The translations under genes and the position numbers were made by a program. This document shows, one piece after another, positions 19,583-27,939 of a DNA stretch of 64,000 nucleotides. The stretch's first letter is position 1, and every line of letters starts with the position of its first letter. The notes beneath the pieces were generated by a model. It did not search any database and was not told where the DNA came from. It saw only the letters and a program-made list of their open reading frames with translations. Source of the DNA: a virus; IMG/VR virus record IMGVR_UViG_3300050821_008386, positions 32,001 to 96,000 of that record. One strand, 5' to 3'.

Positions 19583-19620
19583 AAGATTAACTGTAATGGA
19601 AACGACTCTCGGGCGCTACT

Positions 19621-19932
19621 TTGACTTTTATGCAAAAGGCGCGACTTTTATCCATGGTTAACTTCCTTCCTGGCATGAATCCTGAAGAGGAAAAGCGCCA
19701 TGCTGAACGGGCGAAGTGCCGTCATCACGACGTGATTCTGACTCCTCTGGAAAAAGCAGTCTGGGGATGGTTCGGTGCCGCGCTTGTCACCGCAGTAGCG
19801 CTCGGAATCGGGTTGATGCTGGTTCTTTTGATCGTTCCGGCCACCATGGGCGCGTTGTCAGGATTAGGTGTTCACGCCCTATTAGTCCTGATTGTCGTGC
19901 TCCTGCTGGTTTCCGCGCTCGGTCGCCGCTAA
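19621..19932 (+). CDS. Small two-pass membrane protein
   Basis: Two long hydrophobic stretches and basic C-terminus; lone plus-strand gene; start may be ATG 19654 or 19675. Confidence 0.7.
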   Translation: MTFMQKARLLSMVNFLPGMNPEEEKRHAERAKCRHHDVILTPLEKAVWGWFGAALVTAVALGIGLMLVLLIVPATMGALSGLGVHALLVLIVVLLLVSALGRR

Positions 19933-22250
19933 TAACCGGGCAGTTTCGTCACCGCTGGATAACCTTCGGACTGATATTTCGCCCCGACAGGCACCCGGTC
20001 GTAATCGGCTCGACTCTTGACCGGGAAAGGGAATTGATTGCCACCGGGCGCGTTGTCGCCGTCCGTGATCATGTTGGCTTTATACTGCGCGGTTGCCGGA
20101 ATCCTTTGGCGGTTAGCGATCATGTGATCCAACTGGACCTGCATGTTCTGACCTAGATATTTTAGGTTATTCTGAACCAGTTGCGGAAGGCGCGGACTAT
20201 CAAAACTGCCAATCAAGGATTCAACGCCTTGGGTTCCTTGCGCGTCAGCGGGAAGTCGTCCGGCAATAGCGGCGCCTGTTTGCGCTCGCATCGCCATATC
20301 GAGTTTCTGGTAAGCCTGATGCATTTCATCTACGCGCGGATCGCCGTCGCCAAGGTCAACGGCACCGCCTGTTGCTGCTTTGACGGCAGGTCCGAGATGG
20401 CTCATCAAGTTGGATTTACCCGCACTGTAGAGGTTGCGGATGCTTTCAGCAGCCGGATCGCCGGCGGTCTTATATTTGTCGATCAACCCTAAAAGATTGT
20501 TACTGGCGTCGATCACGTTTTCTTTAGCGGCCAAAGAATCGGTTTGCGCTTGGTTCACGGGCCAATCTTCAAGCGCTTGCGCTTGCTTGTAAGCGGCAAT
20601 CTTCGCTGGGCGACTCAAGGACTGCCAGTTGCCAGATACGGTCCCGGCTTTCATGCTGGCGTCCATCATCTCCTGATCTTCGTGTTGACCAATCGCGTTA
20701 TCGATCTCGCTCTCTTTGCCGTTCGCGTACACCCGCGTCTCGTGGTACGGCGTCTGGTTTCTGACTTGATAGAAATTCCCTTGTCCGTCGAGGTAGCCCG
20801 GAACCGCTTTACCAGCAACCCTGGCGACAATCTGGGTGCTCGGACGGAGGGGGTTTCCTTGCGCATCTGTTCCGTCTGGAGACGTCTCGGCGGGGCCAAC
20901 GACGTTGTATTGGTTGGCCGCTAGAGCCTTCCCAATCAGGTCAGGTGGAACGCCGCCGAACGCTTGAGCGACAGCTTGAGACGACACTGGCCTCACGCCC
21001 GGATAGTTCGGGTCGGTATTATTAGATGGACGCTCAACAGGAAATCCGCCCGGACCAAGTTGCTGTCCAGAAGATTGCGCTTGTTGGCCGGGATTAGGAT
21101 TGACCATCTGCGCTCTTGGGACCGGTGGCGTGTACGGACTGGGTTGACCAGGAGTTCGCGGAGGCGCTTGCGGAGCCGCTTTAGTCCCGGCCCATGGCGC
21201 GCCTCCAGCACTCAGCACGTCCTGAGTCGACAGTTGGCCTTGCGCTAATCTGGTTGCCAGATCCTGATTCTGTTGATCGTCAGTCTGATCAATCTCACCT
21301 GCGGGCGAAGACGCCAAGGGTGCCGCTGCCGCAAGTCCTGCGGTTGCTACAGCGTTTTTGGGTGATTCCGCTGGTCCTTCTGGGGCGGATGGAGCACTCG
21401 GAACGGGTTTACCCATCGCCGGGTTATTGGTCGCGGCCGCTAAACCGGGGAGATAAGTTGCCGCCCATGTCTTATCGACCGGTTGCATCGGCACCCCATC
21501 CGTATGGTGAATCATGATGCGGTTAGTCGGTTGACCTTGCGCATCAAATTCAGCGTTCCATCCCGTCGCTTTATCCGTGATGTGCTGCTTGTAGGCTTTG
21601 TAAATGTCAGCGCCAGCGGGTAACGATGTCGCCGTAGCGGCGTTCGCGGCATCGGTTATAGTCGGTACTTGCTGGGTCTGATGCGCTGGTTCCTGCTGAT
21701 TTGCGGGCGTAATAGGCCCGACCGGCGCAGTATTGGATTGGGTATTGTTCTGGGGATTATCGGGAGGCGGGGTAGGTGGTGGAGCAGCAAAGCCCTGCCC
21801 TCCTGGATTTAAATCCTGCTGTTTAACGCCACCAAACGGGACAGGATAAGAGGGAACGCCAACGTTTGTCCCTTGGATATTAGTCTGGTACTGGAGACTG
21901 TTATCCTGCGGATTCTGGTTAACGTCATTCTGAATCCCTTTCAGGCGTTCTTGCGCGAGATTCTGTTCCTGCATCTCGGTCTGGATCTTCTGCGCTTCCA
22001 GAGGGAGCTGTTGCGCCTGACGATACGCTCCGGCAATGTTGCCGGGAAGGTTCGCGAGTGTTTGACCTACGGACGCACCCCAGTTAGGCACCCGCAGTTC
22101 AGGAGGCGTCGGAGGACGATCAGCGGATGCCAGTGATCCTAGTAGACTTGCTTCGCTCTGGACCAGTTGCGGTGCCGCGAGGACCGCTGGCGCATTGTAA
22201 GGCTGCTCGTATGTGAAGAACTGGACTAGACCCTTTGGAGTGTGCTTCAT
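19929..22250 (-). CDS. Putative internal virion protein, Pro/Gln/Ala-rich, 773 aa
   Basis: Position directly before the giant protein, low-complexity composition, ATGA overlap with upstream gene. Confidence 0.7.
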   Translation of the reverse strand: MKHTPKGLVQFFTYEQPYNAPAVLAAPQLVQSEASLLGSLASADRPPTPPELRVPNWGASVGQTLANLPGNIAGAYRQAQQLPLEAQKIQTEMQEQNLAQERLKGIQNDVNQNPQDNSLQYQTNIQGTNVGVPSYPVPFGGVKQQDLNPGGQGFAAPPPTPPPDNPQNNTQSNTAPVGPITPANQQEPAHQTQQVPTITDAANAATATSLPAGADIYKAYKQHITDKATGWNAEFDAQGQPTNRIMIHHTDGVPMQPVDKTWAATYLPGLAAATNNPAMGKPVPSAPSAPEGPAESPKNAVATAGLAAAAPLASSPAGEIDQTDDQQNQDLATRLAQGQLSTQDVLSAGGAPWAGTKAAPQAPPRTPGQPSPYTPPVPRAQMVNPNPGQQAQSSGQQLGPGGFPVERPSNNTDPNYPGVRPVSSQAVAQAFGGVPPDLIGKALAANQYNVVGPAETSPDGTDAQGNPLRPSTQIVARVAGKAVPGYLDGQGNFYQVRNQTPYHETRVYANGKESEIDNAIGQHEDQEMMDASMKAGTVSGNWQSLSRPAKIAAYKQAQALEDWPVNQAQTDSLAAKENVIDASNNLLGLIDKYKTAGDPAAESIRNLYSAGKSNLMSHLGPAVKAATGGAVDLGDGDPRVDEMHQAYQKLDMAMRAQTGAAIAGRLPADAQGTQGVESLIGSFDSPRLPQLVQNNLKYLGQNMQVQLDHMIANRQRIPATAQYKANMITDGDNAPGGNQFPFPVKSRADYDRVPVGAKYQSEGYPAVTKLPGY

Positions 22251-23410
22251 GATACGGTCGGAGGCTTAAACTGGCTTAAAGGTACGCCGTTCGGCATTGA
22301 CGGGACGCCGGGAACGCCCGGAGTGAACATTTTGCCGATACTGGAAATTAAAGCGCCCACCGAACTTCCGATTCCGGCAGCTTGCTGTTGTCCGGTAAGA
22401 CCGTTGCCGCTGACCGATCCTACGGTAGGGGTACCGTCTGCTCCTGCGGTATACCCGCTGGCGTCGAGTCCGCCATTGGCGTAATTGGCTCCGCCCGCAC
22501 CCAGAGCAGGCGCGTTCACTGCTCCGCTCACAGGCGCGGCATCCACGCTTCCGAGATCCTGGGTGGTTCCACCCGGCGTCTGGTACTGCGCGGCTTGCGC
22601 CATTGATATTTGCGGAGTCTGGTTGGATTGATACTTCCGCATGATCGGGGCAATGGAATTGAGCAACGATTGACTCGAAGATCCAGCTTGTGACGGAACG
22701 CCCATCTGGCCGATTGATGCTGTCAGGCTGGGATTAGAGAGAGCTTGCGCTGCGTTAGCGCCGATCATGTCAGTGACCGCTTGCGGATTATTGGCCGGGA
22801 CCGTGGTTGGCGTCGACGGAAGCGCCGTTGGCGTCATGGGTATGACAGGAACATTGGCTTGAGTCGCCTGCGGATTGTACGTCGCGGTGGGGGGCGTTGG
22901 CGGGGGCGATTGAGTTGGGCTAGGCGTCTTAGGTGTCAGAGTCGAGTTAGCGTTAGACGCCGTTGATTGATAGTTCTGGAGAAGTTGTTCGGCCTGCGTG
23001 ACCAGCGGGCTCTCGAATGACGCGCCGTTCAGGATTCCGTTAGGTTGATTGATCCATGCGCGAATGGTGCCCGGTTCAGGAGATCCACCACTGCCATACT
23101 GGTTATTCACCGATTCATCGTACGAACCGCCTTGCGAGGGAGCGCTTCCGCCTGTCCATCCAAGAGTCGAAGGGTTGCCTTGCGCATCGTAGACGGTTCT
23201 TCCCTGATTTTGACTGAACCAGTTCTGGAGAGATTCATCGCTCTCGTCGGCGGACGGGATCGTGTTGGTGACGTTGTTCGCCGGCCCGTTATATTTCCCG
23301 CCATTCGCCGCTGGAGAATTTCCCGGTGACTGGTTCTGGGTTTTCATGGCGTTGATCAATAAGGACAGCATCTGTGCCAAAGACGCTGGATCTGTTGTGG
23401 TAGCCGCCAT
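22247..23410 (-). CDS. Putative internal virion protein, 387 aa
   Basis: Ser/Gly/Gln/Pro-rich with C-terminal GIGSSVGALISSIGKMF glycine-rich helix; 10 nt downstream of tfuA. Confidence 0.7.
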   Translation of the reverse strand: MAATTTDPASLAQMLSLLINAMKTQNQSPGNSPAANGGKYNGPANNVTNTIPSADESDESLQNWFSQNQGRTVYDAQGNPSTLGWTGGSAPSQGGSYDESVNNQYGSGGSPEPGTIRAWINQPNGILNGASFESPLVTQAEQLLQNYQSTASNANSTLTPKTPSPTQSPPPTPPTATYNPQATQANVPVIPMTPTALPSTPTTVPANNPQAVTDMIGANAAQALSNPSLTASIGQMGVPSQAGSSSQSLLNSIAPIMRKYQSNQTPQISMAQAAQYQTPGGTTQDLGSVDAAPVSGAVNAPALGAGGANYANGGLDASGYTAGADGTPTVGSVSGNGLTGQQQAAGIGSSVGALISSIGKMFTPGVPGVPSMPNGVPLSQFKPPTVS

Positions 23411-23420
23411 GACCTATAAT

Positions 23421-24713
23421 TTAGCCTTCCGGTCCCTTTCTTGCGAGAGCCAATCTGGAGAGACAAACCCTCAGTTCAGCCACACTGCTGATCCCTGTTT
23501 CCCGCAAATAATTATCGAGCGTTCCGGCGATCTCTAATCCGGTCGCTTCCAGATGTTCCTGAAACATCCCTTGCAGGTTTTCGGTGAAATCGATTCCAAC
23601 CGTATCGGTGTTTTCCCGGTCGACAATGATCCGTTCAGCGTCCGCGCAATCGTCCAACCACATCTGGAGTTGGTTATGGGTCCGCATGTAATCCAGGATC
23701 GTCTGGGTCTGCCGTCGGAACATGCAGGTCGTGATATAAGTCTCGTGCAGTTTCCTGATCCGAGCGTTCTGGATGGTCATCACCTCGAAATTGGCCGGCG
23801 TCATCGCGTTAGCGTTGAGCCAGTCCAGATACTGATCCCAAACCACCAACCGATTGCGCGCACAGAACGTTGACCATTCGTACTCGATATCTTCTTTGGT
23901 CACCGCAACATGGAGGATGTCCGCCAGAATCACCGCTAACGCCCGGTTTTTCGAATCCCAACAGATCTGGTTATATTGCGGGCAATTGAGGGTGATATAG
24001 GAATCGACGTGCTGCATCGTGATCGTCGCTCCCGCATGCTCCACTCTCCGTTCCCTCTCTAACATGGCGTTAAAAAGCATCGTCATGTAGGTCAGGTCAG
24101 GCCGTTTATCCGTGCAATAATCCAGGGTCAGGAAATTCGATAAAAGATGAAGAGCGTCTTCCCGTTTCTGATCAAAAACGTAACGCGAATCGGGACTGGT
24201 CAGGCGTTCGGTATAATGTTTGCCCTGTTCAGTCTTAAAGATTTCCCCGGCTTCTTCCGGCGTAATTTCCTCACTTTCAATCAACCGAAGGAGGCCAGCG
24301 CGGAGATTGACCAGAGGGCAAGTGTCGCAAACGTAGTTTCCTGAAGGCGTCTGATGATAAATCACCGCTACTTCGTCATCTGCGTCGATTACCCCTTCGT
24401 GATACCACTCGAAGATCTTCCCAGAACCGATCATCACACCCACATCTGCTAATTCAGATGCCCGCAGGGCTCCCATGGACGATGAACCGTAAACCTTGAT
24501 CCCTTTTAGTGCCGCCCAGCTTAATTCCTTATGCCAGACGGGCAATTTAGAATCGAAAACACCATCAATCAGCAGGATATGGGTCGGGTTATACTTCGGG
24601 ACGTCCGAAATGATGTCAGCATGACTGGCTGGAGGGAGGAAAACAGCGTCGGGAACGATCTCTTTAGCGAATCCAACGTCTAATGAGGGCCCGAGATAAA
24701 CCAAAACTTTCAC
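23421..24713 (-). CDS. tfuA: TfuA-like protein with long C-terminal helical extension
   Basis: VYLGPSL, PPASHADI, LIDGVF..VWHKE, GSSSMGALRASEL, GKIFEWY..G.I.ADDEVAV, PLVNLRA, HYTER and DQKREDA motifs; GTGA overlap with ycaO. Confidence 0.95.
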   Translation of the reverse strand: MKVLVYLGPSLDVGFAKEIVPDAVFLPPASHADIISDVPKYNPTHILLIDGVFDSKLPVWHKELSWAALKGIKVYGSSSMGALRASELADVGVMIGSGKIFEWYHEGVIDADDEVAVIYHQTPSGNYVCDTCPLVNLRAGLLRLIESEEITPEEAGEIFKTEQGKHYTERLTSPDSRYVFDQKREDALHLLSNFLTLDYCTDKRPDLTYMTMLFNAMLERERRVEHAGATITMQHVDSYITLNCPQYNQICWDSKNRALAVILADILHVAVTKEDIEYEWSTFCARNRLVVWDQYLDWLNANAMTPANFEVMTIQNARIRKLHETYITTCMFRRQTQTILDYMRTHNQLQMWLDDCADAERIIVDRENTDTVGIDFTENLQGMFQEHLEATGLEIAGTLDNYLRETGISSVAELRVCLSRLALARKGPEG

Positions 24714-25930
24714 GCGTGCTCCTTAATTGACGCGAGTTTGTTGTGGACGTGAAGTTTGCATCGTTCATCCGGTTGCCAGAATTCCCAAATAGGACTGCAA
24801 AGTGATGGGGAGATCGCTCGAACAATGGTGAACGCCGGTTCTTTGGATTCGTAGAGGATTTTCGAGTAACATTCCGAAACCCCTCGTTGCCGGATTCGGT
24901 TAGAAAGAATTTCCCATTCTTCAGTGATTGAATCGAACTCCGGACGCGGGAATTCAGACGCCAAACGTGATAACGGCACCGCTTGATACATCTCAAGGAG
25001 TTGCCGGGAATCGATGTTCTTAGTCAGCATGAACCGGCGCCGGAACAGGTCGTCACGCGCTGAACCGATGTAAGCGACACGCGCCTGGCACGCTTCAGTG
25101 ATCGCCCTGCGCATCGCGGTCGAAGAATTAAGCGAACATCCGTACCCGGAAAAGATGCCGGGAGAGCGCGAACTCGGATCGATCACGGTGCATCCGAACA
25201 CCGGGACCTGCATATCGTTGGAAAGATCGAAGAGAAACGGGTAAACCCCTGCCCGCGCTAGTGCTTCCAGACAAAACTCGATTTCTTCGGTCAACGGACA
25301 ATCGAAACTGACTCGGTCAGGCCAGATATCGGTTTGTTCACGCAAATATTCGCTGGTAGCCCATCCATCACGTTCCACCAGTTCGTAGACCGCTTGCAGA
25401 AGAGCGTCTTCATAATTGATTCCGGCCGCCAGACCGTTGGACGAACTCTGGAAATAATGAAAAGGCGGTATGACCCGGTGCGTCAGCCAGATCATGTCGC
25501 TCGGAACGAGGATCTCGCCTTCCCTGAAAACGTCTGTAACTATCTCCCATGGAATTGGAGTCGAAGAATAAACTGGTGCTCCGCGTGCCAGAGGGAATAA
25601 ATCTGTCCCTAGAACGGATGGAAAGACAGAGATCGCTCGCGCCGGTTCGAGGTAAAACCAAGGGACATTGGCGTGCGGCTTCTCGCCGGCCCAGAGCTCG
25701 ACGCCTTCCAGGATCGCACCCGCTTTCGCGGCGATCTTGGAAAGACCTTTTCCTGCGCTTACCGTTATCACTTCGCCGCCCGGACGCGATACGGTGTAAA
25801 CCGGTAGTCCGATGGTATCAAGGCCCGTGATATCCGAAGCGCGCGTCAGTCCGTACTCCATCAATCGCGAATAGGGTAACGCGCATATCTCGCGTGCTAG
25901 CTCCTCGCGGACGTGTTCCCGGTCGATCAT
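24710..25930 (-). CDS. ycaO: YcaO-family ATP-dependent amide-activating enzyme, thioamide-forming type
   Basis: GLTRASDITGLDTIGLPV, SAGKG..GAILEGVE, SSNGLAAG, YELVERD, GYGC..AMRRAITEACQAR; no C-terminal PxP motif; start set at ATG 25930 (ATGA overlap), ORF track start is 25963. Confidence 0.95.
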   Translation of the reverse strand: MIDREHVREELAREICALPYSRLMEYGLTRASDITGLDTIGLPVYTVSRPGGEVITVSAGKGLSKIAAKAGAILEGVELWAGEKPHANVPWFYLEPARAISVFPSVLGTDLFPLARGAPVYSSTPIPWEIVTDVFREGEILVPSDMIWLTHRVIPPFHYFQSSSNGLAAGINYEDALLQAVYELVERDGWATSEYLREQTDIWPDRVSFDCPLTEEIEFCLEALARAGVYPFLFDLSNDMQVPVFGCTVIDPSSRSPGIFSGYGCSLNSSTAMRRAITEACQARVAYIGSARDDLFRRRFMLTKNIDSRQLLEMYQAVPLSRLASEFPRPEFDSITEEWEILSNRIRQRGVSECYSKILYESKEPAFTIVRAISPSLCSPIWEFWQPDERCKLHVHNKLASIKEHA

Positions 25931-27570
25931 GCCGCCAGTGGCAACGACGGAAGGTTTGCGCATCGGACGCCGTACCGGAACCGGATAACGTTGCGATTGC
26001 GTTCCAGAACTTCGTCCATGAACTCTCGGATATTGGCGATCACTTCAGGATCCACGTCTTCCCGGTTAGCGAACGTCTCGCTGTATCTGAGGTAAAGGCC
26101 TTTGAGCCAACCGGGCGCGTTGAAATAAAGCCAGAGACGGAACAAACGCCATTCAGGATTGTTCGCGCCATAGACTTTTCTTGCGACGTGACACGACATG
26201 GCGAAAGCCACTCCGACTGCTACCGCGCTTGCTGCGCCTGCGCCGCCTGAGATCATGTTGCCGCTCGATTGAGCTTGCGCACTGGCGTTTTGCGCGGCGA
26301 TCTGGGTGTTGTACTGCGCGCCCTGAACTTTGGTCGAGTACAGGTACTGCATCATGTTGTTTAGCCCTGCAGTGTTCGATAAACTGATGTTGGCAGCGTC
26401 CGACCCTTGTAACCCGAACGAGCGCGGTTGAAACATCGAAGAAGCCAGACCGAAACTTGCGTTGGCGTTCTGTGCAGCGCTATTGATGATCCCCTGACCG
26501 CCTTGCATAGCGTTTGACCCGGCACTTTCCAGTCCGGTCCCGGCGCCGATCATGCTTGTTCCGGCGTTAGTAACCCCTGTTCCCGCCCCAATCATGCCGC
26601 TTCCGGCATTGATGACACCGGTCCCTGCGCCGATTACGCCGCTGCCCGCGCCGATCATCCCGGTACCGGCATTAGCAACATTGGTTCCCGCTCCGGCAAG
26701 AGTCGCCGCTGCCCCTGCTTGGCCGGTAGTAAGTCCCATCCCGGTCTGTTGCAGCGCTTGCCCCTGCTGGCGCTGCGTATTGACCCAGTTTTCCGCGCCG
26801 ACACCGAGATTTCTTCCCACAGCGGCCTGCCCAGCTTCCCCACCTAATCCTGCGGCACCTCCAAGCGCAGATGCCGCACTGCTTAGTCCGCTTCGCATCA
26901 GTTCTTGTTGGACTACCGGATCAATCGCCTGATTGCCCGAGATGAGGTTCTGGCCCAGCGTGATGTCAGGTTGACCTACTCCTTGCGCTCCGGCAGCAAG
27001 AGTCGCCGCGGGCGCGAGAAATTGGCCTGATTGCCCCGCAAGATTCTGGCCTGCGCCGATGATGTTCTGTCCTGTACCGATGATGCCCTGCCCCCAGCCT
27101 GCGATGTTCTGGCCTTGGCCGATGATGCCTTGACCTGTTCCTGCGAGATTTTGACCTTGCCCAACGATATTGGAACCCGAAGTCAGCATTCCTTGGCCTG
27201 CGTTACTTAAACTGTTTCCGGCAGCGATCGATTGTGGCGTCTGGGTACCCAGCAAGTTGGTCAAGTACCCCTGATACTGCTGCTGTGCCTGAATCATTTG
27301 CGGATAACGCGCCGCGAAATCGGCGTCGCTCATCGCATAGTTCAGTTGATTGGCCATGATCGCCTGGCCTTCAGGAGTGTTAACGCCAGCAGCGCCAGCA
27401 GCCCCTAATCCCGAAGCATTCAGAACGCCGCTCATACTGCTGGAACCAGGAGATGGGGTCTGGTTTTGCAGTGCGCTAATGTATTGGTCTGCGCCGATAC
27501 CCGCGCTCGGAGTGAACGAAGGAGCGCCCGCCGGGGCGCTATAGCTTGGGATCTGAGGTGCACTGCCCAT
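25927..27570 (-). CDS. Putative internal virion (pilot/ejection) protein with Gly heptad repeats and CFI-box-like C-terminal domain
   Basis: Begins MGSAPQ; two blocks of 7-aa Gly repeats; hydrophobic segment then CHVARKVYG..W..FR.W....AP.W...LY..Y.E..A. Confidence 0.8.
   Translation of the reverse strand: MGSAPQIPSYSAPAGAPSFTPSAGIGADQYISALQNQTPSPGSSSMSGVLNASGLGAAGAAGVNTPEGQAIMANQLNYAMSDADFAARYPQMIQAQQQYQGYLTNLLGTQTPQSIAAGNSLSNAGQGMLTSGSNIVGQGQNLAGTGQGIIGQGQNIAGWGQGIIGTGQNIIGAGQNLAGQSGQFLAPAATLAAGAQGVGQPDITLGQNLISGNQAIDPVVQQELMRSGLSSAASALGGAAGLGGEAGQAAVGRNLGVGAENWVNTQRQQGQALQQTGMGLTTGQAGAAATLAGAGTNVANAGTGMIGAGSGVIGAGTGVINAGSGMIGAGTGVTNAGTSMIGAGTGLESAGSNAMQGGQGIINSAAQNANASFGLASSMFQPRSFGLQGSDAANISLSNTAGLNNMMQYLYSTKVQGAQYNTQIAAQNASAQAQSSGNMISGGAGAASAVAVGVAFAMSCHVARKVYGANNPEWRLFRLWLYFNAPGWLKGLYLRYSETFANREDVDPEVIANIREFMDEVLERNRNVIRFRYGVRCANLPSLPLAA
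26478..27220 (-). repeat. Two blocks of degenerate 21-nt (heptad) coding repeats
   Basis: GQNLAGT/GQGIIGQ/GQNIAGW/GQGIIGT/GQNIIGA (about 27020-27220) and GTGMIGA/GSGVIGA/GTGVINA/GSGMIGA/GTGVTNA/GTSMIGA (about 26478-26700). Confidence 0.85.
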
Positions 27571-27585
27571 TTAGAAAATATCCTT

Positions 27586-27939
27586 TCAATCTGAGATCAC
27601 GTAAACGTCTTTATCGAAGGGTCTTAACCCGATCTTTGAATACATGCGTGCGTCCACTCCTGGTGGCATAGCAATCAGCGGGTCGCCGTGCATCGCCTTG
27701 ATCCGGTCCAGCCATTTCTTAGTCAGGATATAGAATTGGCGCGGAGAAATTGACGGTTGCACCGCCGGGTAAGCCACCATCTGCTGATGCATGTGGCAGT
27801 AAGTCACCAGTCGCCCGTCCAGATGCCCTACCCAGATCGGGAAAAGTCTGCTCACCTCGTGCCCGAACGTTGCCGCGAACTCATCGAGATTATGCGCCCT
27901 CAATTGCTTCTCGTTTTCGATCTTGGTGAACGTGATCAT
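27586..27939 (-). CDS. Small protein, possible degenerate GNAT acetyltransferase fold
   Basis: ATGA overlap with fibre gene; VGHLDGRLVTY and RMYSKIGLRP resemble GNAT elements; sits before ejection genes as GNAT-like genes do in many podoviruses. Confidence 0.5.
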   Translation of the reverse strand: MITFTKIENEKQLRAHNLDEFAATFGHEVSRLFPIWVGHLDGRLVTYCHMHQQMVAYPAVQPSISPRQFYILTKKWLDRIKAMHGDPLIAMPPGVDARMYSKIGLRPFDKDVYVISD

